Shown: in pieces, positions 46,973-55,906 of the stretch
Position numbering within the stretch: the first letter of the stretch is position 1
How the letters are laid out: each line of letters opens with the position of its first letter
From: Ruminococcus sp.
GTDB taxonomy: Bacteria; Bacillota; Clostridia; Oscillospirales; Ruminococcaceae
Length of the DNA: 64,000 nucleotides
Assembly: GCA_021199375.1 (NCBI GenBank)
Contig: JAJQIB010000020.1
Span: 28,931 to 92,930 of the forward strand
Reading direction: 5' to 3'
Notes under the pieces: model-generated
The model's input: the letters and a program-made list of their open reading frames with translations, nothing else
Databases searched by the model: none
Told to the model about the DNA's origin: nothing
Translations under genes and position numbers: made by a program

Positions 46973-47155
46973 CTACTCATGGTAGATGGACGGCTTTGGC
47001 AAATTTTCATCCACTTCTATTTCCTTGTCCTCATACCACTCGCATTCTACATCTTCTACGAAAATTTCAGAAGGTATCTCCTCGGGATATTTTTCACACT
47101 TTTTGTGTGGAAACATAAAAAACTTGCATCCAGTGCAATTGGGCATTCTTGCCAT
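46973..47155 (-). CDS. Small Cys-rich immunity-like protein
   Basis: ggagg RBS; NCTGCKFF...KCEKYPEEIPSEIF...CEWYE. Confidence 0.7.
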   Translation of the reverse strand: MARMPNCTGCKFFMFPHKKCEKYPEEIPSEIFVEDVECEWYEDKEIEVDENLPKPSIYHE

Positions 47156-47159
47156 AGCT

Positions 47160-47700
47160 CTAACCTCCAAAGTAATCTTTTATATATTCGTTATAAACGT
47201 CTAGATATTTTGTGGGGACTTTTTCCCATTTATTTAATGCAACGTGCACTTCGTTTAAGAATTCGCCGCCATCTGAATCAACTAATCTACAAAAGCCTTT
47301 CATACAGTGCTTCAGCTTTTTCAATTGAATTTCCATAATTGATTTTTGAATGCATAATCTCATGGTTGACTAAATCGCTAACGTTCTTGCTTTTCCACCA
47401 GTTATCATTAAAGCATTTTTCACATGCGCCGTTCAAGTCATTCAAGCTTTTGCCCCAAAAGTAATCTTTGTTCAAATATAATTGCGTTTTTAGAATGTCT
47501 TGCGATATGTCTTTGCCTTCAAAATTGGTGCTAGCATTTAACAAATAAGTACAATCATCGGGAATTTGACCGATTTCTTTAAACTTATTATACCACCTTC
47601 ACGCCCGATCGTCAACTCCTTATTGCTTTTCCACTTCCCAATCCCGACATTTCCAACTCCGTCAACAGTAACTCTTTTCCTTTGACAATGTAACAATCCA
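47160..47700 (-). pseudogene. Phage minor capsid (MuF-type) C-terminal relic with HExxH metallopeptidase-like toxin domain, two internal deletions
   Basis: RVTVDGVGNVGIGKWK, linker ELTIGREGGII, then in shifted frames ...LVNHEIMHSKINY... and ...GFCRLVDSDGGEFLNEV...DYFGG*. Confidence 0.65.
47587..47615 (-). promoter_or_regulatory. sigma70 promoter embedded in MuF linker codons
   Basis: TTGACG-N17-TATAAT with TGn; encodes LTIGREGGII. Confidence 0.75.
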
Positions 47701-47791
47701 AAAATTTGTAATAAATATTCTTGAAATACTTGACATGAAATCAATTTTATGTTATAATCAAAATATTAAAATTATAAAAGGAGACAATATA

Positions 47792-47977
47792 ATGTTAGAA
47801 AACATAAATAATGACTATTCTATATCGCTTGATGAAGAAATCGAAAATCGTATAAAAACAATGGAGCAACAAGATTATAAATTTGCGCAAAAATTCGCTA
47901 AAAATGACTACATTCTTCTAATCATAGTAGTTATAGTTTGTCTTGTAGGTGTTATCGGCGGAGCATTTATTAAGTAA
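47792..47977 (+). CDS. Small membrane protein, 61 aa
   Basis: aaggag RBS; C-terminal TM segment. Confidence 0.7.
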   Translation: MLENINNDYSISLDEEIENRIKTMEQQDYKFAQKFAKNDYILLIIVVIVCLVGVIGGAFIK

Positions 47978-47993
47978 GGTGGAGTTCTGATAT

Positions 47994-49433
47994 ATGGAGA
48001 AAATGGAGAAAATGGACGTTGATTCGCAAATTCAAAGGGAGGCTTTGTTTGGCTGTGCACCTGTGCTGCAAAGCGAAAGGGTGTATGGATTGTTGGATGC
48101 AATGCTCATCCTGTCTGGCTACTGTATAGCAACATGGAGCTACACTCAAGGCTCTTATTTAGCTACGCTTGTTGGTTTTAAACAGCTGCTTATAGGCGCT
48201 TTTTTAGGAGCAATACTTATGCTTGCTATATATCAGCTGCCGGTCATTCTTTCTGTTCGATACGGAATAGATATATGGATTTGGTTAAAATCCGTGTTTG
48301 GGCACAAAGGCGTTACTCTCATGACAGTCATAATAATTTTGATAAATTATCCATGGTATGCAGTTTGTGCAGATTTATTTGCATCTTCAATGTCAAGCCT
48401 CGCTCAATTAGCCGGAATAGCACTTCCTCAATCAATAGTGCTCTTATTGCGTCTGCTTTGCGTTGCAATAGGCACTTTTATTGCTTATCAAGGATTAGAT
48501 GCTATTACAAAATCCACAAGAATACTAGTTCCTTTACTGCTGGCACTTGGTGTAATGGTGGTCATTGTCGGCTTTTCCTCTGTTCCGTTTAGTGCTATTT
48601 GGAATTATAAGCCTCAGGAAACAGGCTACAACAACAGCATAATTCCATACATAATTTCAATAGAGGCAAATTTTGCTTTTGTCATTACATTAGTAGGAGG
48701 AATGGCTGAGGTTCCGAGGCTTGCTAAAAAAGAAAACTCAGGCTTTTGGGCAGGAGTTATCGGTCAGGGTGTATCAGGCTCTTTTTTTGTTGTAGTGGGA
48801 TCAGTTATGGCGATTGCAATGCAATACGTCACAGGCGAGATGATCGACGATCCAACAGTGATGCTTGCAACATTATCTGTACCTGCGCTTGCATGTAGCT
48901 CGCTTCTGCTTGTAGCATTTGCAAATATAGGTACTCAGGCGGTAGGAGCTTATATTTATGGTGTAATGCTAAAAACTTCATTTAAAAGGCTAAGCTACAG
49001 AATGCTTATAATGATTCTTGCTATATACGCCGCGCTGCTTTGCGTTTGGGGAAAGATAATTGATTATTTCGGATCGTTTTTAACAATAAGTGCTTGTATA
49101 TATGCTCCACTTGCAGCACTTTTATTTGTAGATTTCTTCTTTGTTAGAAAACAGAAGCTTTCACTTCGTTCGGCTTATAAACTAAAGGGCTATAATGCTT
49201 ATGAATATACTAAGGGATTTAACATTGTAGGACTTGCATGTGTTGCAGCCGGCGTTGCAATGTCGCTATTAATCTACAACCCTGTAACCGGAGAGATACA
49301 TAACATGCTGCTTTTCCACTTAACTCCAACAGGGTTTTCCTTTTTGGGAACGGGAGCCTTGTACTATCTATTAAGTCTCATTCCTGCTGTAAGAAAATAT
49401 ATTCTCAGAGATCGAGATGAAATCACTGTATAA
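47994..49433 (+). CDS. Purine-cytosine permease (NCS1) family transporter
   Basis: About 12 TM; SVRYGID, FLTISACIYAPLAALLFVDFF, GFNIVGL motifs. Confidence 0.85.
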   Translation: MEKMEKMDVDSQIQREALFGCAPVLQSERVYGLLDAMLILSGYCIATWSYTQGSYLATLVGFKQLLIGAFLGAILMLAIYQLPVILSVRYGIDIWIWLKSVFGHKGVTLMTVIIILINYPWYAVCADLFASSMSSLAQLAGIALPQSIVLLLRLLCVAIGTFIAYQGLDAITKSTRILVPLLLALGVMVVIVGFSSVPFSAIWNYKPQETGYNNSIIPYIISIEANFAFVITLVGGMAEVPRLAKKENSGFWAGVIGQGVSGSFFVVVGSVMAIAMQYVTGEMIDDPTVMLATLSVPALACSSLLLVAFANIGTQAVGAYIYGVMLKTSFKRLSYRMLIMILAIYAALLCVWGKIIDYFGSFLTISACIYAPLAALLFVDFFFVRKQKLSLRSAYKLKGYNAYEYTKGFNIVGLACVAAGVAMSLLIYNPVTGEIHNMLLFHLTPTGFSFLGTGALYYLLSLIPAVRKYILRDRDEITV

Positions 49434-49448
49434 AGGGGTATATACAAA

Positions 49449-50741
49449 ATGGGTAAGAAAAAGAAAAAAATAGACACCAAGCCATTTGACAGGAAACGTA
49501 TTCCGCCTAAACAAAATCTTTTCTTTATGCCGCTAATTTGGCTTATATGCAAGGTGATTACAGCTCCTGCAAAGCTTAAAATCACGAAAGTGAATATGAA
49601 GGGCTTAAAACCACCATATCTTGTTCTTGGTACGCATCAGTCATTTAACGACTTTCTTGTATCACCACTCGCTGTATTTCCTCACAGAGCAAATTATGTT
49701 TCAGAGCTTGAAGGCTTTGAAAACTATGGGGAATGGCTTTACAGACAAGTCGGCTGCTTGGGAACAAGAAAGTTTGTAAACGATATATCACTTATCAAGA
49801 ACATAAAGCTGATCATGAAGCGAAATGGCATTTTAATAATGTATCCTGAAGCACGTTATGCAAATGTAGGTACAAGCTCAAGGCTTCCGGAATCAGTTGG
49901 AAAGCTTGCAAAATATTTAGATGTGCCGCTTGTAACACTTAATATGCGGGGAAATTATTTGCAGTCGCCTATTTGGAATTTAACAATAAGAAAACAAGCA
50001 AGAATCGATGCCACCATAACGCAAATTTACACACGTGAACAGCTAAGAAAGGCATCTGTAGACGAAATAAACGAAAAGCTTGCACAATATCTTTCATATG
50101 ACGAATATAAATATCAATATGACACAAAAATGTCCATTACATATGACAAACGTGCAGAGGGTATTGAAATGCCACTTTATCGATGTCCGAAATGTGAAAC
50201 AGAATTTATGATGAAGACTAAGGGAGCAGAAATTTTCTGCGAGAAATGCGGACATAGAAGGCTAATGACAGAGCTTGGCAGGATGGTAAGCCTTGATGAT
50301 GGCAAAGAAACTGATGACTGCTTTTCTCATATTCCCGACTGGTATGAGTGGGAAAGAAAATGTGTTATTGCAGAAATTGAGCTCGGCAAATATATGCTTG
50401 ATACACGAGTGCATATCGAATCGCTGCCGAATGCGGTGAACTTTATTGATTTAGGTGAAGGCAGGCTGATTCACAACAATAACGGCTTTACGCTAACCTT
50501 TACAGATTATGGTCAATCAACTCCAACTACGCTTGAATTTTCACCGCTATCGATGACCTCAGTGCACACCGAATATAGTTACAGAGGGAAAGGGCAATGT
50601 ATAACACTTTCTACACTTGACAACACCTATTTTCTCTTCCCTCTTGAAAAAGGCTTTAACGCTACAAAAATTCAATTTGCAGCTGAGTATTTATATGAAA
50701 GAGAGAAGGAAAAGTCGCATAATTATTGCAAAAAAATATAA
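49449..50741 (+). CDS. Lysophospholipid acyltransferase (PlsC domain)
   Basis: THQSFND (HxxxxD), YPEARY motifs; CPKC...CEKC zinc finger. Confidence 0.8.
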   Translation: MGKKKKKIDTKPFDRKRIPPKQNLFFMPLIWLICKVITAPAKLKITKVNMKGLKPPYLVLGTHQSFNDFLVSPLAVFPHRANYVSELEGFENYGEWLYRQVGCLGTRKFVNDISLIKNIKLIMKRNGILIMYPEARYANVGTSSRLPESVGKLAKYLDVPLVTLNMRGNYLQSPIWNLTIRKQARIDATITQIYTREQLRKASVDEINEKLAQYLSYDEYKYQYDTKMSITYDKRAEGIEMPLYRCPKCETEFMMKTKGAEIFCEKCGHRRLMTELGRMVSLDDGKETDDCFSHIPDWYEWERKCVIAEIELGKYMLDTRVHIESLPNAVNFIDLGEGRLIHNNNGFTLTFTDYGQSTPTTLEFSPLSMTSVHTEYSYRGKGQCITLSTLDNTYFLFPLEKGFNATKIQFAAEYLYEREKEKSHNYCKKI

Positions 50742-50752
50742 TCCACCATAGG

Positions 50753-50781
50753 TTGACAAAACGGAAAAAGTGGAGTATAAT
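50753..50781 (+). promoter_or_regulatory. Perfect sigma70 promoter of the ncRNA
   Basis: TTGACA-N17-TATAAT. Confidence 0.85.
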
Positions 50782-50787
50782 ATAATT

Positions 50788-50998
50788 GAGGAAAGGGATC
50801 CGTCGCTTTTCTTAGTGTGGCTGACACTTTAGGGGCACATTCTTTATGAATGGGGCGTATCCGAAACTTAGAATTCCCGCCCGTTTGTTGTTTGTAATAA
50901 ATTGGCAGCTTTGAGGAGTTGGTCGACTAAGCGACTATAAAAATCAGCTTTTAATAAAGCGGAGTCAACAGTGAAAAACTGTTGACTCCATTATTTTT
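50788..50998 (+). ncRNA. Structured ncRNA, 6S RNA-like
   Basis: Own promoter and terminator, no ORF; rod fold gtcgc/gcgac, ttagt/actaa, ggctgac/gttggtc, AU-rich central bubble, gggcg/cgccc apical stem. Confidence 0.5.
50961..50998. terminator. Terminator (bidirectional)
   Basis: ggagtcaacag / ctgttgactcc stem plus T tract. Confidence 0.85.
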
Positions 50999-51035
50999 TA
51001 TGAGAAAATATCAAATTGTGCTTTATTACCATTAT

Positions 51036-51521
51036 TTAGTCACTTGAATCAAGATTAAGTAAAAATAAATATGAATCTCTGTCCGGATATTCATAGTGAA
51101 AGGGTAAATCACAAGCTGTAATTCTTTTAAAACCAGCCTTTTGATAAAAATGATGAGAATCCTTTGCGATCGAAGGTGTATCAAGCAAAATTTTATGATA
51201 ATTATGCTCAACTAAATAATTGTATGCATTCAAATACAAAGCCAGACCTATGCCTTTACCCCGATAGTCAGACCGAACAAAAAATTTTTTTAGAACGGCG
51301 TTTGAATCACCATAATTCATAAATGCAATTGTACCAATAATTTCTCCATCATTGATTGCTACCCAAAATTCGCCTCCACCCTTTTGATAAAAGGATACAA
51401 TATCCATTAAATCCGGCTGTTCATCCAGCGTGAGATCAATTTTGTATTCTTCGTTTTGGATATGTAATATTAAATCTATTACAGCATTTTTATATTTTTC
51501 TTGATAGCAAAAAATTTCCAC
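51036..51521 (-). CDS. GNAT acetyltransferase
   Basis: LKKFFVRSDYRGKGIG, HHFYQKAGF motifs. Confidence 0.9.
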   Translation of the reverse strand: MEIFCYQEKYKNAVIDLILHIQNEEYKIDLTLDEQPDLMDIVSFYQKGGGEFWVAINDGEIIGTIAFMNYGDSNAVLKKFFVRSDYRGKGIGLALYLNAYNYLVEHNYHKILLDTPSIAKDSHHFYQKAGFKRITACDLPFHYEYPDRDSYLFLLNLDSSD

Positions 51522-51621
51522 CTACAATCACCTCTATATTCACTCAAATTATACTACTATTATTTTTATTTGTCAAGAGCTTCCCAATTATTATTTACAA
51601 ATTGAAATGACAAATCACAGG

Positions 51622-51650
51622 TAATATTATCGCCAAGCTTCGCATATACT
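51622..51650 (+). promoter_or_regulatory. sigmaE-type sporulation promoter
   Basis: TAATATT-N14-CATATACT matches the sigmaE consensus and spacing; spoIIID is sigmaE-dependent in model organisms. Confidence 0.55.
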
Positions 51651-51686
51651 TTAATTACGCAAAAATATATGTTTTGGGGTGAGATT

Positions 51687-51962
51687 ATGAGCCTTACTGA
51701 CAAAAGTCGACCTGTAATGCTCGGCGAGTACATGGTAAGCAACAGCGCAACTGTTAGATCTGCGGCAAAGCAGTTTGGAATCTCAAAATCCACGGTACAT
51801 AAAGATATACGCGAGAAGCTGCCAAAAATTTCTCCGCAGCTTTACAAAGAGGTCGAAAAGCTTCTGGAAATAAACAAGCAGGAACGGCATATACGAGGCG
51901 GTATGGCAACAAAACGAAAGTACGAGCTGCAAAATAAAGCAAAAAATGCAGAGAAAAGATAA
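51687..51962 (+). CDS. spoIIID: Sporulation transcriptional regulator SpoIIID
   Basis: ATVRSAAKQFGISKSTVHKD...ERHIRGGMATKRKY. Confidence 0.93.
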   Translation: MSLTDKSRPVMLGEYMVSNSATVRSAAKQFGISKSTVHKDIREKLPKISPQLYKEVEKLLEINKQERHIRGGMATKRKYELQNKAKNAEKR

Positions 51963-52054
51963 AAAATGTGTAAAACCACTTGATTTTGATGAGAAATAGT
52001 AGTAAAATAGTATATGGATATCAAAAATCTAATCCTGAAAGGAAGTTTATTCAA

Positions 52055-52633
52055 ATGTCAAAAGAATTTATAGTTGAAACATCCGCAAGACATGTTCATG
52101 TAACAGAGGAAACACTCGCTGTTTTATTCGGTGAGGGTCATGAGCTAACAAAGAAAAAGGATCTTTCTCAGCCTGGTCAGTTTGCTTGTGAAGAAAGAGT
52201 CACCGTAGTAGGACCCAAGAAGGAGCTGCCAAACGTTTCAATTTTAGGACCATGTCGCAAGGCTGATCAAATCGAGCTTTCTGCAACAGATGCACGTTCA
52301 ATTGGAATTGCTGCTCCCGTAAGAGAATCAGGCGATGTTGCAGGCTCAGGTGCCTGCAAGCTTGTAGGACCATGTGGAGAGGTTGATGTTAAAGAGGGTG
52401 TCATCGTCGCTAAAAGACACATTCACCTGACACCTGCCGATGCTCAGGAGCTAGGTGTTACTAATGGCGAGGTTGTTTCAGTAAAAATCGACTCTGCTGA
52501 TAGAAGTGCTATCCTATGCGATACAGTATGTCGAGTAAGCGACAGCTACGCTAGAGCAATGCACATTGACACAGATGAATCAAACGCTGTAGGCGCCGGC
52601 AGAGATCAGGTAGGAACTATTGTTAAACTGTAA
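52055..52633 (+). CDS. pduL: PduL-type phosphate acyltransferase
   Basis: SARHVH, LSQPGQFA, AKRHIHLTP, MHIDTDESNA motifs. Confidence 0.92.
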   Translation: MSKEFIVETSARHVHVTEETLAVLFGEGHELTKKKDLSQPGQFACEERVTVVGPKKELPNVSILGPCRKADQIELSATDARSIGIAAPVRESGDVAGSGACKLVGPCGEVDVKEGVIVAKRHIHLTPADAQELGVTNGEVVSVKIDSADRSAILCDTVCRVSDSYARAMHIDTDESNAVGAGRDQVGTIVKL

Positions 52634-52655
52634 AGCAATAAACATAACTAAGCTT

Positions 52656-52689
52656 AAACACCGTGCTAAAAGATAGGCACGGTGTTTTT
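52656..52689 (+). terminator. Terminator after pduL
   Basis: aaacaccgtgc / gcacggtgttt plus T tract. Confidence 0.8.
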
Positions 52690-52823
52690 ATGTTGGTGCT
52701 ATAAAATTGTAATGGAAAATTTAGACCATTGACAACAATCAAAAAATATGATATAATAGATTAAATTGCCGAGTCTTTTAAGGTGTTTGGCAAACTCATA
52801 AATACACATAGGAGATTTTTGTT

Positions 52824-53978
52824 ATGAATCAACTAATTACACTACTTGGTGTGCTTGGATTGACAGCATATGCTCTTAAGCCTATAAAAGCCTATGCATG
52901 GTCAACCGATACTCATGGAGATATTACCTCATCAGCACTGGATTTACTTCAAAAGGAAAATAAGCTTAAGCTTGTTGCTTTTTATAAGGACTATACTGAT
53001 GAGCTTTTAAAGGGCTCAAAAGATCCAGACGAGTCAGGAGATAGAGATAAGGGCACAGGCACCCACTACTACTCTTGTGCAAACGCTAAAGGAAAAAGCT
53101 TACCATCAAAAGAGGGGTACTATCAAAATCGTTTGGGCGACTACTCTAAAAGCGCACGTACTATGCTTGAAGAAAATTACACAAGTGCATTATGTCTATA
53201 CAAAAATAACCGAATTAGCGAAGCTATGTATACACTTGGACGTGCCATTCACTTTGTTGAGGATATAGCCTGTCCTGTTCACACAGCTAACATGAGATAT
53301 CTTCCCAAACCTGGAAATCCACATAGTGCATTTGAAAAGCATGCTAATACCATATCAAAAAAATATGCACCCGTACGTTTTGACAAACGTCTGCTGAAGG
53401 TGTATTCTGGTGACAGCTTTGAAACAGCAGCTAACAAGCTTTCAGAGCTGTCAAATAAGCATGCAGAGCCTATATCTAAGCTGGATCCTATAGCTTTTGA
53501 TAATGCAGTTAAGGCAATGGTTCCGCTGGCAGCGCAAAATGTCATGGCGCTACTAACTAAATTTTATGACGATTGCAAAGCAGACAATGGCAATTATTTG
53601 CTTGATGGAAAGGCTTATACGTTTAAAAATCAAGCGTCGGGACTAGTTATGACTGTCACAGAAAAAGGAATTTCGCTTGAAAAGCCTGACAGCAAAAAGG
53701 AGCAGCGTCTTACGCTAATTATGTCCAACGAAGGCACCTTTGCACTTAAGGCAAATGATGGAGGCACACTTTCGGGTAATCTCAAGGGATATGACTATGC
53801 AAAAAATGATACAGCCGGAGCACAATTCCGCTTTGCATCACTAGGTAAAAATCGTTATCGTATTACACTTGAATCAAGTAAATTTGAGAAGGTAGTTGCC
53901 TGCACCAGAATGGGTGGAATAGCAGCAGCTGATTTCGAGCCTGCTGATATAACACAGATTTGGATACTTAACAAATAA
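52824..53978 (+). CDS. Secreted zinc-dependent phospholipase C family protein with C-terminal beta-trefoil-like domain
   Basis: Signal peptide ...AYA then mature WSTDTH; PD, THYY, HFVEDIACPVH, HSAFE zinc ligands. Confidence 0.8.
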   Translation: MNQLITLLGVLGLTAYALKPIKAYAWSTDTHGDITSSALDLLQKENKLKLVAFYKDYTDELLKGSKDPDESGDRDKGTGTHYYSCANAKGKSLPSKEGYYQNRLGDYSKSARTMLEENYTSALCLYKNNRISEAMYTLGRAIHFVEDIACPVHTANMRYLPKPGNPHSAFEKHANTISKKYAPVRFDKRLLKVYSGDSFETAANKLSELSNKHAEPISKLDPIAFDNAVKAMVPLAAQNVMALLTKFYDDCKADNGNYLLDGKAYTFKNQASGLVMTVTEKGISLEKPDSKKEQRLTLIMSNEGTFALKANDGGTLSGNLKGYDYAKNDTAGAQFRFASLGKNRYRITLESSKFEKVVACTRMGGIAAADFEPADITQIWILNK

Positions 53979-53992
53979 GGAGATGACTAGCC

Positions 53993-55102
53993 TTGAAAAA
54001 ATTGGGATTCGGATTTATGAGGCTGCCTCTGCTTGATGGCAGTGATCAGAAAAGCTTTGACAAAGAACAGCTTTGCAAAATGGTTGATACATTTCTTGAA
54101 CGTGGCTTTACATACTTTGACACAGCTTATATGTATCATGAGGGGTACAGTGAACGAGTTATAAAAGAAGTGCTTGTTGAGCGTCACAAAAGGGATGAAT
54201 ATACTCTTGCAACTAAGCTTCCGACTATGATGCTAAAGGAAGCTAATGACATGGAGCGCATCTTTAATGAGCAGCTTGATAGGACAGGAGTCGACTACTT
54301 TGATTATTATTTGCTGCACTGCTTAAACAAGGATAATTATGCTACATCTGAGCGGCTAGGTGCTTTTGAATTTGTTAGTGATAAGAAAGCACAGGGCAAG
54401 GTTAAGTGCATGGGATTTTCATTCCATGACACACCCGAGCTATTAGATCAGATTCTTACTGAGCATCCTGAAACAGAGTTTGTACAATTACAAATAAACT
54501 ACCTCGATTGGGAAAGTGAAAGCGTACAATCACGCAGATGCTATGAGATTGCAAGAAAGCATGGAAAGAAAATTGTTATTATGGAGCCTGTAAAGGGCGG
54601 AGCACTTGCAAATGTACCACCTAAGGCTGAAAAGCTGCTAAAGGATAGTCTGCCTAACATGAGCGTTTCCTCATGGGCAATTAGATTTGCTGCAGGACTT
54701 GATGATGTTATGACAGTACTTAGCGGAATGAGCAATAAGCAGCAGCTGCTTGACAACACTGACTATATGCAGGATTTCAAACCTCTTAGTGAGAGCGAAA
54801 TTCAAAAATGCATGATGGTAGCGGATATAATTAATGATATGAACAATGTTCCCTGCACAGCATGTCGCTACTGTGTGGAAGGATGTCCAATGAACATAGC
54901 AATTCCCGAATACTTTGCGATGTATAATTCCGCTAAAAAGGAATCATGGGGTATTGACAAGCAAAAGAAGGATTACAGCGAGCTTAACAATACGCGTGGC
55001 AAAGCAAGCGATTGTGTGGAATGTGGTCAATGTGAGGAGCATTGTCCGCAGCATATAAATATTATTGAACGATTAAAGGTGGTAGCAGAAACCCTAGAGT
55101 AA
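53993..55102 (+). CDS. Aldo/keto reductase with 4Fe-4S dicluster
   Basis: LGFGFMRLP, YFDTAYMY, YYLLH, CTACRYC, CVECGQCEEHCPQ. Confidence 0.92.
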   Translation: MKKLGFGFMRLPLLDGSDQKSFDKEQLCKMVDTFLERGFTYFDTAYMYHEGYSERVIKEVLVERHKRDEYTLATKLPTMMLKEANDMERIFNEQLDRTGVDYFDYYLLHCLNKDNYATSERLGAFEFVSDKKAQGKVKCMGFSFHDTPELLDQILTEHPETEFVQLQINYLDWESESVQSRRCYEIARKHGKKIVIMEPVKGGALANVPPKAEKLLKDSLPNMSVSSWAIRFAAGLDDVMTVLSGMSNKQQLLDNTDYMQDFKPLSESEIQKCMMVADIINDMNNVPCTACRYCVEGCPMNIAIPEYFAMYNSAKKESWGIDKQKKDYSELNNTRGKASDCVECGQCEEHCPQHINIIERLKVVAETLE

Positions 55103-55281
55103 ATAAGACTTAAATAAAAGTAAAAGGCATAATTTTAAAGGACAAACAGTATTTTAGATATTATAAAGACTGCTTGTCCTCTTTTTATTAGCGAATGTCA
55201 CAAAAATCACTTGAATTTTTTGTGTAAAACGCCGTAATTAAAATAATTCGTAAATCTTGCACAAAAATTTTTAAAAATCAC

Positions 55282-55310
55282 TTGAAATTTGTCGAAAAAT
55301 ACTGTATAAT
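55282..55310 (+). promoter_or_regulatory. sigma70 promoter of hydCBA
   Basis: TTGAAA-N17-TATAAT with TGn. Confidence 0.65.
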
Positions 55311-55387
55311 TAAATACATAGCGTATGTGAAATATTGTATAGCTTACAATTTCAATATCTATATTATTCCAACAGGAGGTTAGTGTT

Positions 55388-55906
55388 ATGAATGAAAAAT
55401 CCCTAAACACATTTAAGGGAACAATCGTTCAGGAACGGCAATTGAAGGAAGTAATCGCAAATCACCATGACCAGCAGGGTGGGTTGATGCCTATACTGCA
55501 GGAGGCACAGGAGATTTACGGATATCTTCCCATTGAGGTTCAAACAATGATTGCCGATGGACTGGGCATCTCGCTTTCAGAGGTTTACGGAGTTGCGACT
55601 TTCTATTCGCAGTTTTCTCTTACACCAAAGGGCGAACACCAAATCAGCGTCTGTCTAGGAACAGCTTGCTATGTTAAAGGCTCAGACAAGATTCTTGAGG
55701 CTGTTGAAAAACGCCTTGGCATCAAGTCGGGAGAATGCACGCCTGACGGACTTTTCTCAATCGATTCCTGCCGCTGTGTAGGAGCTTGCGGACTTGCTCC
55801 CGTAATGATGGTTGATGATGACGTTTACGGAAAGGTAACTCCCGAACAGGTGGATTCGATCATCGATTCCTACCTTGCTAAAAAAGGAGGTAAGCGTAAG
55901 AAATGA
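55388..55906 (+). CDS. hydC: Bifurcating [FeFe]-hydrogenase gamma subunit (NuoE-like)
   Basis: VCLGTACYVKG and CRCVGACGLAP 2Fe-2S motifs. Confidence 0.92.
   Translation: MNEKSLNTFKGTIVQERQLKEVIANHHDQQGGLMPILQEAQEIYGYLPIEVQTMIADGLGISLSEVYGVATFYSQFSLTPKGEHQISVCLGTACYVKGSDKILEAVEKRLGIKSGECTPDGLFSIDSCRCVGACGLAPVMMVDDDVYGKVTPEQVDSIIDSYLAKKGGKRKK

Noticed and set aside
43900-47800. Intact prophage or attR duplicate of the tRNA-Lys 3' end
   Set aside because: No integrase, terminase, portal or capsid genes; I found no repeat of the tRNA 3' end by eye (a short core could be missed).
50788-50998. T-box or riboswitch leader
   Set aside because: No T-box GGTGGNACC antiterminator, and the downstream gene is convergent, so there is nothing to regulate in cis.
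55200-55350. Rex operator upstream of hydC
   Set aside because: The palindrome ttgtatagcttacaa does not fit the 18-bp TTGTGAA-N4-TTCACAA geometry; the repeated aaaatcacttgaa looks like -35 context.
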